Source: a virus. Taken from it: 64,000 nt of DNA. Below are positions 15,921 through 24,687 of this stretch, piece after piece. Within the stretch, counting starts at the first letter, position 1; each line of letters begins with the position of its first letter. The position numbers and the translations under genes were made by a program. The notes under the pieces are model-generated. The model had not been told where the DNA came from. It saw only the letters and a program-made list of their open reading frames with translations, and searched no databases. The stretch is taken from positions 3,932-67,931 of IMG/VR virus record IMGVR_UViG_3300043436_002865; one strand, written 5' to 3'.

Positions 15921-16346
15921 CTATATAACTTGGTAAACTACTAGACCCAAGGATCGCCACATTTCCACGGAGTACGGGTTATCTTCGTACACGGCTACTG
16001 GATTATAACCTTTTTCTTTAATTCTTTCAATCATAATTCGTTTGACTTCCGCATTTTTTACATAACCGTCTTGCGGTTGTCTCATGAATAAATCGTGTGC
16101 GGGTACATTATGTTTCTCTAACCATTGTACAGTTAGGTTTCTGTATTGCTCTGGACGACCCGTACACAAAATAATATTGTGACCATCATTGTACAGAGCT
16201 TCTAGAACTGCTACTGAGGGCGGTATAGTAGGATCATTAACCAGCTCTTTATAGTGACTATCCCAATCTTTGCGCTCTTGATTTAAGTAGTGAGAACGGT
16301 GATTATCGTTACTTATAGTGCTGTCAATATCAAAAATAAAATCCAT
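15921..16346 (-). CDS. HAD-family phosphatase (like the PseT/PNKP 3'-phosphatase domain)
   Basis: FDIDSTI, CTGRPE, LFMR, YEDN and MWRSLG motifs. Confidence 0.85.
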   Translation of the reverse strand: MDFIFDIDSTISNDNHRSHYLNQERKDWDSHYKELVNDPTIPPSVAVLEALYNDGHNIILCTGRPEQYRNLTVQWLEKHNVPAHDLFMRQPQDGYVKNAEVKRIMIERIKEKGYNPVAVYEDNPYSVEMWRSLGLVVYQVI

Positions 16347-16373
16347 TAATTACTCTTAAAAGTTTATTGTTTA

Positions 16374-16450
16374 TGGTGCCCCAACACGGATTCGAACCGC
16401 GGACCTACCGCTTACAAGGCGGTTGCTCTGGCCAGCTGAGCTATTAGGGC
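16374..16450 (-). tRNA. tRNA-Thr(TGT)
   Basis: ACCGC-CTTGTAA-GCGGT; encoded CCA. Confidence 0.95.
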
Positions 16451-16455
16451 ATTAT

Positions 16456-16546
16456 TGGTAGAAGTGGGTGGATTCGAACCACCTCAAAGGCGCTAATCTG
16501 GCGCAAAGAGCTTATAAGACTCCTCTGACTACCAAGTCTCACTTCC
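16456..16546 (-). tRNA. atypical tRNA with TAT anticodon (nominally Ile), short D arm, long variable arm
   Basis: GGAAGTG/CACTTCT acceptor, GGAGT-CTTATAA-GCTCT, T arm GGTGG-TTCGAAT-CCACC, CCA. Confidence 0.8.
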
Positions 16547-16547
16547 A

Positions 16548-16688
16548 TTATTTCTTAGTCAAATATTCTATTCTAGCTTTTAGCCATGCTAGTACTTCAT
16601 AAGGAGTAGTAGAATCCAAATTAGCACGGGATAGTGCTGTCATTAACCCATTTAATTCAGAATAATCAATACTACTTTTCTTACTCAT
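16548..16688 (-). CDS. small hypothetical protein (46 aa)
   Basis: Manual translation MSKKSIDYSELNGL...EYLTKK. Confidence 0.5.
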   Translation of the reverse strand: MSKKSSIDYSELNGLMTALSRANLDSTTPYEVLAWLKARIEYLTKK

Positions 16689-16712
16689 ACAAAATCTCTA
16701 TTCTATATTAAT

Positions 16713-16741
16713 ATAATAGTATATAACTCATCGATAGTCAA
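16713..16741 (-). promoter_or_regulatory. sigma70-type promoter
   Basis: TTGACT-N17-TATTAT. Confidence 0.7.
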
Positions 16742-16763
16742 GCTATATTTTGTTTTTAGTTAT

Positions 16764-16840
16764 TGGTCCGGGTGGCAGGATTTGAACCCACGACATCTTG
16801 CTCCCAAAGCAAGCGCTCTACCAAACTGAGCTACACCCGG
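16764..16840 (-). tRNA. tRNA-Pro(TGG)
   Basis: CTTGC-TTTGGGA-GCAAG; encoded CCA. Confidence 0.95.
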
Positions 16841-16845
16841 ATATA

Positions 16846-16998
16846 TTATTTGTTTTCAGGTTTGACTAAACTTTCTTTACTGAAAGATCTCCAGCCATAG
16901 ATACCTGCTTTTTGTGCCTTTTTAGGAGTAGCAGATTTGTAAAAAGGATTCTTGCACTCTTGTTCTGTAGCATAATAGTTAGAAGGCCATTTTTTCAT
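16846..16998 (-). CDS. small hypothetical protein (50 aa)
   Basis: MKKWPSNYYATEQECKNPF...; GGAG SD. Confidence 0.55.
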   Translation of the reverse strand: MKKWPSNYYATEQECKNPFYKSATPKKAQKAGIYGWRSFSKESLVKPENK

Positions 16999-17014
16999 AT
17001 CTTACTCCATTTAT

Positions 17015-17091
17015 TGGTGTCCCCGGTCGGACTCGAACCGACACTACGCAGATTTTAAGTCTGCTGACTCTACCTATTGGCCTACGAGGAC
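17015..17091 (-). tRNA. tRNA-Leu(TAA), short variable loop
   Basis: GCAGA-CTTAAAA-TCTGC, A73, CCA. Confidence 0.9.
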
Positions 17092-17096
17092 AATAT

Positions 17097-17173
<77 letters not shown>

Positions 17174-17181
17174 TAATTCTG

Positions 17182-17379
17182 TTATTTACTATTATACGCT
17201 TTTTTAAAGCCTGTAACAAAGTTAATTGCGAAACCTATAGCTGCAGGAACTAGAATAGGACTTAAGATTAACAACCAGTTCCAAGCTATAAAGCTAGTGA
17301 GTTTTAAAGCAATAAACAGTATAGTTAATGCGTACAAGAAGGCTACAAACAATACTCTGTCTAATTCTTTGGTAGTCAA
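17182..17379 (-). CDS. small membrane protein
   Basis: Two hydrophobic segments; LKLTSFIAWNWLLILSPI. Confidence 0.7.
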   Translation of the reverse strand: MTTKELDRVLFVAFLYALTILFIALKLTSFIAWNWLLILSPILVPAAIGFAINFVTGFKKAYNSK

Positions 17380-17380
17380 A

Positions 17381-17617
17381 TTAAATCTCCATAAGCCTCA
17401 GTGAGAAAGGCTGAACCTCAGTCCCAATAAACTCAAAACCCCAGGCCCCATGTTCAAGTTCCTTGAAAGCGTTTACAATCTTTTGATGCTTGCAAGGGTT
17501 ACGAGCAGGGCATGAGCAACGTTTTGCATTAATATAGTAAATAGCGGTAGGCTCTTTATAGTCGTCGAAAGATGCAATCTCAAATCGTTCTTTAGAAAGC
17601 TGTTTGATGGTATACAT
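17381..17617 (-). CDS. SWIM zinc-finger protein
   Basis: CSCPARNPCKH; start moved to ATG 17617 (GAGGAA SD). Confidence 0.75.
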   Translation of the reverse strand: MYTIKQLSKERFEIASFDDYKEPTAIYYINAKRCSCPARNPCKHQKIVNAFKELEHGAWGFEFIGTEVQPFSLRLMEI

Positions 17618-17642
17618 GCTATATTCCTCATTTGTTATAAAC

Positions 17643-17671
17643 AATATAGCATATAAACAGTATGTCAGCAA
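17643..17671 (-). promoter_or_regulatory. sigma70-type promoter
   Basis: TTGCTG-N17-TATATT. Confidence 0.55.
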
Positions 17672-17674
17672 GAG

Positions 17675-17713
17675 AAAAATAAAGGCGTAGTGAGAAATCG
17701 CTACGCCTTTATT
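17675..17713 (-). terminator. rho-independent terminator
   Basis: AATAAAGGCGTAGCGA-TTTC-TCACTACGCCTTTATT followed by Ts. Confidence 0.8.
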
Positions 17714-17859
17714 AGTCATGCCAACTGCACAAGTTGGACTTGGCTCAGAGAGCGACCAAATCTCCTAAACTAGTTTTGTGCTAGGTTAGTTTAGTCACCT
17801 AAAAAGGTTTTCTTGTTTACCTGATTACCTTTAACAGGCCCCTCACCGCAAAATATTAT

Positions 17860-18183
17860 TTAGCTAGAGGGATCAGTATTTTTTAAGTATACAATTAGAG
17901 TTGTAAGTGCTTCTTTGGTTGAACCGTTAAATCCAGTAGTGTCGAATCCTACAAGTTCTTGAAGAGTGTTAAGCATTTCTTTTTTGGAAGGCCCATTCTT
18001 GCGATCTGGAAGCTTTTGAGGTGGGACGTATACGCCCTCTCTAACTAGCTTAGAGCGGACAGATCTAACCGGCTTGCCAAGTTGATCTGCAATATCCTCA
18101 ATTTTGTCTGTTCCTAGTTTGTGATATAGCTCAAGTAGTTGTTCTGTTTGTTCTTCTGTGTAATTTTGTTGTGCGGCTGTCAT
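17860..18183 (-). CDS. T5 A2/D5-like HTH DNA-binding protein
   Basis: YTEEQT...IADQLGKPVRSVRSKLVREGVY; related to 42334..42654 and the D5 repeats. Confidence 0.65.
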   Translation of the reverse strand: MTAAQQNYTEEQTEQLLELYHKLGTDKIEDIADQLGKPVRSVRSKLVREGVYVPPQKLPDRKNGPSKKEMLNTLQELVGFDTTGFNGSTKEALTTLIVYLKNTDPSS

Positions 18184-18211
18184 TTATGTACCCTCGTTAA
18201 AACATATTTAT

Positions 18212-18240
18212 ATATTAACCCATGTTTGAGCAGTGTGCAA
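18212..18240 (-). promoter_or_regulatory. sigma70-type promoter
   Basis: TTGCAC-N17-TAATAT. Confidence 0.6.
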
Positions 18241-18263
18241 GTATAATTTTCAAAAATAAAAAG

Positions 18264-18509
18264 TTAGTCATCAAAGTTGTGAGATCGCCTTACGTACAGA
18301 GGAGATAGCGTACCATCTCTAAATTCTAAAAAGCCTTGTGCACCATAGTCTGAAATAGCTTGATAGCCGCTATAGCTATCAGGGCAAGTAAACCATAGAT
18401 CAGTTTCAAACCCTAAACTAGTTTTCTTTTCTAGTACAAAGCCTTGTTCTGAGTAAGCTTCTACTGTGCTAGCAACCTCTTGAGTACCACAAGTTATTTT
18501 TATTAACAT
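18264..18509 (-). CDS. hypothetical protein
   Basis: 81 aa ORF within an operon. Confidence 0.65.
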   Translation of the reverse strand: MLIKITCGTQEVASTVEAYSEQGFVLEKKTSLGFETDLWFTCPDSYSGYQAISDYGAQGFLEFRDGTLSPLYVRRSHNFDD

Positions 18510-18515
18510 ACATTT

Positions 18516-18782
18516 TCATCCTACAACGCTATGCTTTAGCTTGTCTAAAAGAATTTGGCTAGGGTGAGATTCTCCTTGAGAGCGATGAGCCATACCTCTC
18601 ATTAAAAACTGAATAGTTGCAATATCAAAAGCAATATCCTCATTATTTATGTTTACATCGTGAGCTACTAGATTATACATATAACTATCTGTAAATGCTT
18701 CTAGAATTCGTTGAGTAACATTGTCTTTTACTACTGCTGCTGTACGCTTTTCAAAATATTCTTGAAAATTTATTACTGTCAT
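18516..18782 (-). CDS. hypothetical protein
   Basis: 88 aa; MTVINF start abuts the ligase stop. Confidence 0.7.
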   Translation of the reverse strand: MTVINFQEYFEKRTAAVVKDNVTQRILEAFTDSYMYNLVAHDVNINNEDIAFDIATIQFLMRGMAHRSQGESHPSQILLDKLKHSVVG

Positions 18783-20492
18783 TTAGAACATACCCTTCAG
18801 GATCAAAGAACGATTATTCCAATAGTTAAAAATCGGAATACCGTGCTTTGTCGCTTGTTTTGTTTTTATAGATTCTTCTCCAGCTGTGATTAGGGCATAA
18901 CAATCTTTAGTTAGTGAGTCTGTCACTTCGAAACCAAATTTTTGAAGATGTTCAGCAAGCTGAGCTTTAGTCATATCTAACTTGCCGGTGATACAGATTT
19001 TTTTATAATCTGCTAAATCCTCAGACTTATAGGTGTCAGTGTCAGTCTCTAAGTCATAAGGCAGTTTCTGTACCCAATCTTCATTAACTTCAAGCCAGCT
19101 AAGAATATTTTCTACAGTAGTAGGTCCAATACCTTTGATTGGTGTTTGAGCAATCTTATGTAGTTGATCGAATTTAGGAAGATGTTTAGTGATAAGTAAA
19201 GCTGTAGACTTACCAACACCAGGAATACCTAGTGCTGCTAAAACTGTAGGATAATCTTTTGGTCTAGAGACTTCGTCTCTAACCTTTTCCCCGTTTCTAC
19301 CTAGCACATCCCAATAAACTTTATCGTAAAGTTCAGAAGGGTGAGAAATATCTAGTTTTTCAATAGAAGCCGGACCCAATCCTTTAATGCCCATAGTTTT
19401 GACAAAGTGTTCTACTAAACGCTTGCCATCTTGTTTATCCATATAAATCTTAGGGCCAATACGCTTTAGTTTAGAACCTACACTTCTTTCGGCATCTTGA
19501 ATACTAAACGGTTCGTAGTTAGAATGTTTCAACACTCTAACAAACTGAGGAGTGATTCTACGCTCAATGAGAATAGAGTCCCCAGGCCGCAAATCGTTCT
19601 CCAGAACGAAATCTAAATTGTGCAGAATAACACGAGATACTGTTGCACCGTCTAGCACAACAGGATCTACAATACCCACAGGAGTAACAACGCCACTACG
19701 ACCAGCAGTCCAAGCAATATCTTTAAGATTAGTTGCAGCGGTAAAATGCTCTTTTTGTTTTAAAGCTACGGCAAATCTAGGATGCTTAGAAGTGTGACCC
19801 ATGTTAACTTCTTTTTGATAAGAGTTAACACGATACACAATACCATCTTGAGGATATTGTGTATAATCACTATCTGTTACAGTTGCAAAGCCCATAGAAC
19901 GAGCAAGTGCAATTCTATCTAAATAGTCTTTTTCAACTCCATACACGTCGTGAACAATGAATCGTAGATTTCTATCTTGAGCATCTTTAGCACTCTTAAG
20001 CCCGAGAGCTCCCGCAACATAGTTACGGAAATTATCTACATCTTCATTATCAGTTACAACTTCGCCTACAAAAGTAACATTCTCAGTTACACTAGCCGGA
20101 ATACCTTTGATAACTTTAGATAAGTGAATGACATTCTCGCCATATTCACCATCACCTCGTGTTAGCATATTAGCTAAACTATTATTAGCATAAGTAATAG
20201 ATAGATTAACTCCGTCTAACTTAGGAGTTACAACAATAAACTCGCTATCAATATCTAGCTTATCATACACTTTCTTAAGTGAATAAAGTTTGTGAGGATG
20301 CTTAATTTTACCTGCACTAGAAGCAATACGTATAGTAGGGCTGTCAGGATCTTTCCATCCCTGCAGCTTTTCCATTTCTACTAATTGGTCATACAAACCA
20401 TCATATTCTGCATCAGATAAAACAGGCTTGCCTGCGTCATAGTAAAGTTTATCGTGATGTAGAACAATAGTTTTTAATGATTTATAATCCAC
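18783..20492 (-). CDS. ligA: NAD-dependent DNA ligase (single chain with BRCT)
   Basis: YY..GKPVLSDAEYD, KLDG, TRGDG, DGIV, PRFAVALK, GRSGVVTP, HhH, BRCT ICITG; start moved to GTG 20492. Confidence 0.93.
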   Translation of the reverse strand: MDYKSLKTIVLHHDKLYYDAGKPVLSDAEYDGLYDQLVEMEKLQGWKDPDSPTIRIASSAGKIKHPHKLYSLKKVYDKLDIDSEFIVVTPKLDGVNLSITYANNSLANMLTRGDGEYGENVIHLSKVIKGIPASVTENVTFVGEVVTDNEDVDNFRNYVAGALGLKSAKDAQDRNLRFIVHDVYGVEKDYLDRIALARSMGFATVTDSDYTQYPQDGIVYRVNSYQKEVNMGHTSKHPRFAVALKQKEHFTAATNLKDIAWTAGRSGVVTPVGIVDPVVLDGATVSRVILHNLDFVLENDLRPGDSILIERRITPQFVRVLKHSNYEPFSIQDAERSVGSKLKRIGPKIYMDKQDGKRLVEHFVKTMGIKGLGPASIEKLDISHPSELYDKVYWDVLGRNGEKVRDEVSRPKDYPTVLAALGIPGVGKSTALLITKHLPKFDQLHKIAQTPIKGIGPTTVENILSWLEVNEDWVQKLPYDLETDTDTYKSEDLADYKKICITGKLDMTKAQLAEHLQKFGFEVTDSLTKDCYALITAGEESIKTKQATKHGIPIFNYWNNRSLILKGMF

Positions 20493-20724
20493 GAGAATCC
20501 TCTTCCTCTTCTTCATATTCTTCAATGTAATCATCAGCTTCTAGATATTGCAATAGCGAAATCAAAAGTGTTTTGATGTTGTGTATATCTCTATAATACA
20601 ATCTAGTTAAGTATAAGTCAAGCAAAATAATAGATCCACCTATTACTAGCCCTGTAGTATCAGTATAACCTAGAATATGTAGTACAACTAGGCTTACACC
20701 CATAAGTCCAAAACTATTTGTCAT
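20482..20724 (-). CDS. membrane protein with acidic tail
   Basis: Two TM segments and a Glu-rich C-terminus. Confidence 0.7.
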   Translation of the reverse strand: MTNSFGLMGVSLVVLHILGYTDTTGLVIGGSIILLDLYLTRLYYRDIHNIKTLLISLLQYLEADDYIEEYEEEEEDSRGL

Positions 20725-20729
20725 ATAAA

Positions 20730-21287
20730 TTAAATTCCAAACAAGTGATTAAGTTCTTTTGTAGAAGCCATCTTATAAGGCTTGATTGTATCTTTTAATA
20801 ACTCTTCATATTGCTTTTTAGCCGTAACTTGATTGGGAAGTAGCTTATTAAAAATAGCAGCTCTAATATTAGCATACGGAGTTTTAAAGTCAGGTCCATG
20901 AGGCTTACCTCGTTGGTGGCCTAAAGCTGCTACTCTATAGAACTGCACCGCATGTGCCATTTCATGGCAAACAGTCATACCTAGTACAAGATCAGGATCT
21001 TCAGCATAAAATCCGCCAATAATAGGGGATTCATCAAAACTAGGATATTCATACATACGATAAATATTAGTTTTAGGCTTAGTAGCAATGTTCATAGCTA
21101 TATTAATACCAGGACCGCTAGAATACCAGCCACCTCTACTGCTTCGTCGTCTAGGAGACCAATCTAATACGCAGTGATGAAGAGAAAAATCTTTGCAATC
21201 AGCCCAACTAGTAATTACGTCTTCACAGGCGCTTACCCATTTATAAGCAAGAACTTCTGTTCTATTTTTTTCTTTAGAGTTCATCAC
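20730..21287 (-). CDS. SprT-like zinc metalloprotease
   Basis: HEMAH and PHGPDFK motifs. Confidence 0.75.
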   Translation of the reverse strand: MMNSKEKNRTEVLAYKWVSACEDVITSWADCKDFSLHHCVLDWSPRRRSSRGGWYSSGPGINIAMNIATKPKTNIYRMYEYPSFDESPIIGGFYAEDPDLVLGMTVCHEMAHAVQFYRVAALGHQRGKPHGPDFKTPYANIRAAIFNKLLPNQVTAKKQYEELLKDTIKPYKMASTKELNHLFGI

Positions 21288-21344
21288 ACGTCCTATAGAA
21301 TAAATATACCCAAAGACTAACTAAGTAGCTTTGGGTTATATTAA

Positions 21345-21373
21345 ATATTATCATATATAATAAGAATACGCAA
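21345..21373 (-). promoter_or_regulatory. sigma70-type promoter
   Basis: TTGCGT-N17-TAATAT. Confidence 0.55.
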
Positions 21374-21381
21374 TAGTCATA

Positions 21382-21825
21382 TTACTTTTTATTCATCCAA
21401 TCATTAAGAAATGTAGAACTACTTTGTGTCTTAGCTCCGCCAACATTGAATATAGGCATGATACCTAAAGCTATACAATGTTCTATTTCGAAATTACTAA
21501 CATTGTCAGGAGTGCGATCGCCTCCATTTGCGAATAGTAAAAGATCGTCCGAGCGCTCATATAGCTCGTGAAATTTAGTAATTGCCCCGCAAGCTGTTCC
21601 ATTTGAATCATCCCAATTAGTTAATACATCATGTACATATTTAATACTTCTAATAATGTTTACTCGCTCTTCTAAAGGCTGGAAAAAAGATCCTTTCTTT
21701 TTAGATAGCCATTCATCAGAGTTAGGAGCTACTATAAGTTTACCAAGATTACTAGCTTGCTCCATTGCATTAATATGTCCAGAGTGAATAGGGTCAAAAC
21801 CACCAGTAAACAAAACTATAGGCAT
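21382..21825 (-). CDS. cytidylyltransferase-like nucleotidyltransferase (HldE domain II/TagD family)
   Basis: GGFDPIHSGH, NSDEWL, FANGGDR and KTQSSS motifs. Confidence 0.88.
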   Translation of the reverse strand: MPIVLFTGGFDPIHSGHINAMEQASNLGKLIVAPNSDEWLSKKKGSFFQPLEERVNIIRSIKYVHDVLTNWDDSNGTACGAITKFHELYERSDDLLLFANGGDRTPDNVSNFEIEHCIALGIMPIFNVGGAKTQSSSTFLNDWMNKK

Positions 21826-22085
21826 AGATCAATAATCTCCTGAACTCGCTTAGTTTTTTCGTCTAATTCGTCTGCATTCTGCTTCTTTAAAATAGTTGCA
21901 GCTGTGCGAACATCTGACTTATTTAAGCCGTAGGTATCACTAAGATGTTTAATTTTTGTGGTAATTAACTCTCTAGAAGCATCCATACTTTCCATAAGGC
22001 TTACTATTGTGTCAATTGTTTTTGATACATCTTCAGGATCAATTGCCGTAATTTGTTTTGGCTCTTTTTCTTTTTTATTATTCAT
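21816..22085 (-). CDS. dsDNA-binding protein (T4 DsbA/GapR-like)
   Basis: Helical protein with KHLSDTYGLNKSDVRTAATILKKQN pattern. Confidence 0.5.
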   Translation of the reverse strand: MNNKKEKEPKQITAIDPEDVSKTIDTIVSLMESMDASRELITTKIKHLSDTYGLNKSDVRTAATILKKQNADELDEKTKRVQEIIDLCL

Positions 22086-22419
22086 TTTCCACTCTTAATT
22101 GCTGTAATATGTTTTGTAATAGTGTTCTAGATTTTATAGGTAAATCTGTATTATTTGAGTCTTGATCTTTAAAAGATAATACCATATAGTGCTTGTCTTT
22201 ATCACTAAAGCTACTAACAGTAATACTTTCATCACTTAAGTTATTTGTATCAACTAGCTTAGGAGTAACAATAGTATAAGCAGCCCAATATTGATCTTCG
22301 TGCGGAGTATCGTCTGATAAACTTATTTCTGGAAACCACTTGATTAAGTCTCTAAAAAATTTTCTACCTTGTAGCTCGTTTACAGGTACTTCTCTAGGCA
22401 GTTCATTAAGTAATTGCAT
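22078..22419 (-). CDS. hypothetical protein
   Basis: 113 aa; overlaps both neighbours. Confidence 0.65.
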   Translation of the reverse strand: MQLLNELPREVPVNELQGRKFFRDLIKWFPEISLSDDTPHEDQYWAAYTIVTPKLVDTNNLSDESITVSSFSDKDKHYMVLSFKDQDSNNTDLPIKSRTLLQNILQQLRVENE

Positions 22420-23200
22420 TTTCTATTATCTTTCTATTAAATATAACATACTCTTCTTCACTTGGAAACTGAGAAATCAATTCGCTAGGAGTATTTGCAT
22501 AATAAATTTTACGTATTCTTGGACTTATAGGTATATAGTCTATACTACGATCTTTAAATGGTAGCTTGTACTCAAAAGGAGCTTGCATATCATTCCTGGC
22601 GTGTTGAGAAGGATGAATACTATCCCCCCATTTAAATCTTAAATACTCTCTGTTATATAAGATTCTATTCATATCAGGGTTTTTTGCAATAGTTAAGCTT
22701 TTATTAGAATCTTTAGATGGAATCATAAGTGAACTTACTATTATGTTACTTAATATACAACGTTGTTTATAATCTGCATCTTCACTATATACATATATAA
22801 AGTTTTCATCAAATCTTCCAACAGTTTTCCATATATCTTTGTGTAGCGCAAAACAGCTAAACTCAAAATATGGTTGATATACTCCCGTTAAACAATTAGA
22901 ATTTGTTTCGGCTAGTGCATCTTCTAACTGTTCTTCCGTAAAGGTAGCATCATCTTGAGTTATTATGATTTTTTCTAGGTTAAGACTATCAAAAGCTATA
23001 TCACATATCAAATTCCAGCCACCAGCACAACCTAAATTTTTAGATGTAGTGTATATAAAACATTCAAGGTCATTAGTAGAATAGTGCTGTTGTCCATTGT
23101 CTATAAAGTAAAACTTAGTATTAGAAAACTTAGATATATCTATAGAGTCAAAAAATTCTTGAGCACCGCAATAGCTAAGAACAAACACATGATTAGTCAT
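22406..23200 (-). CDS. glycosyltransferase family 2
   Basis: IDNG, NLGCAGGWN, QDD and VGRFDENF.YSEDADY motifs. Confidence 0.85.
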   Translation of the reverse strand: MTNHVFVLSYCGAQEFFDSIDISKFSNTKFYFIDNGQQHYSTNDLECFIYTTSKNLGCAGGWNLICDIAFDSLNLEKIIITQDDATFTEEQLEDALAETNSNCLTGVYQPYFEFSCFALHKDIWKTVGRFDENFIYVYSEDADYKQRCILSNIIVSSLMIPSKDSNKSLTIAKNPDMNRILYNREYLRFKWGDSIHPSQHARNDMQAPFEYKLPFKDRSIDYIPISPRIRKIYYANTPSELISQFPSEEEYVIFNRKIIENAIT

Positions 23201-23954
23201 TTCTTATCCTATTATTATACTCTACTGCGGCTTCAATCACACTTAAATCTACATTAAATAATTCAGACGTTGATAGAATTGCGGCAGTATCTTTTGGAAA
23301 ACAATACCCACCAAAACCTCTGTCAGATGAAGACACGTAAGTATGGCTATCACCAATTCTATCGTCTAAAGCAATTCCAAGTCTTACTTTACTAAAATCA
23401 GCTCCAAGTTCATTACAAAAATCAAATACTTGATTAAAGTAAGACACCTTAGTAGCTAGAAAAGAATTTCTAAAATACTTAATTAGTATTGCCTCTTCTA
23501 CTGAAGTTTCATAAATTGAAGCTTTATGAAAAACAGCGCTATAAACTCTTTTCCAGAAGTCTACGTTACCGCCAGCTACAATTATGTTTTTAGTAGCTAA
23601 CACATCTTCATTAGCTGTGGCAGCTCTTAAGAACTCAGGACTAAATGTGATAGCATGATTTGGAAATCTAATAGATAGCTCTTCCCAACCTTCTAAACTA
23701 ATAGTACTTTTTATCATAATAGGCATATCTTCAGGTACTTGTTTTATAACTGAAAATACGTAAGACATATCACAACTTCCATCATCTGATTGAGGAGTTG
23801 GAACACACACTATAATCCCTTCATAATCTAAAAAATCCTTAACCGTGTGGGAGTCTAGTTTAGGATCTACTACACTAATATTGTGATGATTTTTAAAAGC
23901 ATTATGATAGGCTTTTCCTACAAAGCCAAATCCTGCAAGTATTATACTACTCAT
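23193..23954 (-). CDS. UDP-glucose/GDP-mannose dehydrogenase family (short form)
   Basis: GFGFVG, CVPTP, IKST, PEFL and GFGGYCFPKD motifs. Confidence 0.92.
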   Translation of the reverse strand: MSSIILAGFGFVGKAYHNAFKNHHNISVVDPKLDSHTVKDFLDYEGIIVCVPTPQSDDGSCDMSYVFSVIKQVPEDMPIMIKSTISLEGWEELSIRFPNHAITFSPEFLRAATANEDVLATKNIIVAGGNVDFWKRVYSAVFHKASIYETSVEEAILIKYFRNSFLATKVSYFNQVFDFCNELGADFSKVRLGIALDDRIGDSHTYVSSSDRGFGGYCFPKDTAAILSTSELFNVDLSVIEAAVEYNNRIRND

Positions 23955-24676
23955 TATATTACTTTCACTACGTTACTAAGAATGTTTAGAATTTTATAAG
24001 TATGTTTCCAGTCGTTAACTGCAAAAACATCACCTAATTTAGATTCTGTTATTACTTTTCCTAAAGGATAATCATTGCCTCCAGGATTCATTTTATCACC
24101 AAAAAAATACAACTTATCTTGTTTAGAAAAGTATTTTACTATCTGGCTTTTATCATTGCCTTTTTCAAAAATATCAATTCCGGTTTCGCCACCTATACAA
24201 GCGTATAAGTCAGGAAATAGATTGTTAAATCTATTAGAAATATCTTCTCGCTCTTTAGCAACTTCGTCATACTTAACATACTCTAGTCGTTGAAACTCAT
24301 TTGCATTACGTCCAACAACGCTAAAATTAAGTGATCCCGGTCTTGTTTCTAAATGATTACCTGATCTTATACTAAAGCTACTTTTAGCTAACTCTTGTTC
24401 TAACCAATTTTGCGCTTCTTGCGAGATAGTCCAAGAGTTTGTATATATGTTTTTATCTTTTTTACGGACATCATTACCAGAACAATTAAATACGTACTCT
24501 ACTTTATCAAGTATTTCTGCATCTAATTGCTCTAGGGTTTTAGAATAGTCAGAACCAGTTACTAAGCATACGTAGTTAGTATTGCAAAAATCTAAAAAGA
24601 AATCTCTAAACATAGAGTTTATTTTTCTTCTGCTTGGAGTTAGTGTTCCATCTACGTCAAATAAAAATATATTCAT
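23954..24676 (-). CDS. phosphomannomutase (eukaryote-type HAD-IIB)
   Basis: FDVDGTLT, VTGSD, NFSVVGRNA and FFGDK..PGGNDY motifs. Confidence 0.88.
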   Translation of the reverse strand: MNIFLFDVDGTLTPSRRKINSMFRDFFLDFCNTNYVCLVTGSDYSKTLEQLDAEILDKVEYVFNCSGNDVRKKDKNIYTNSWTISQEAQNWLEQELAKSSFSIRSGNHLETRPGSLNFSVVGRNANEFQRLEYVKYDEVAKEREDISNRFNNLFPDLYACIGGETGIDIFEKGNDKSQIVKYFSKQDKLYFFGDKMNPGGNDYPLGKVITESKLGDVFAVNDWKHTYKILNILSNVVKVI

Positions 24677-24687
24677 TTTAGGTTACA

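Noticed and set aside
17618-17719. N-terminal extension of the SWIM ORF
   Set aside because: Runs through a terminator and promoter; ATG 17617 has the better SD.
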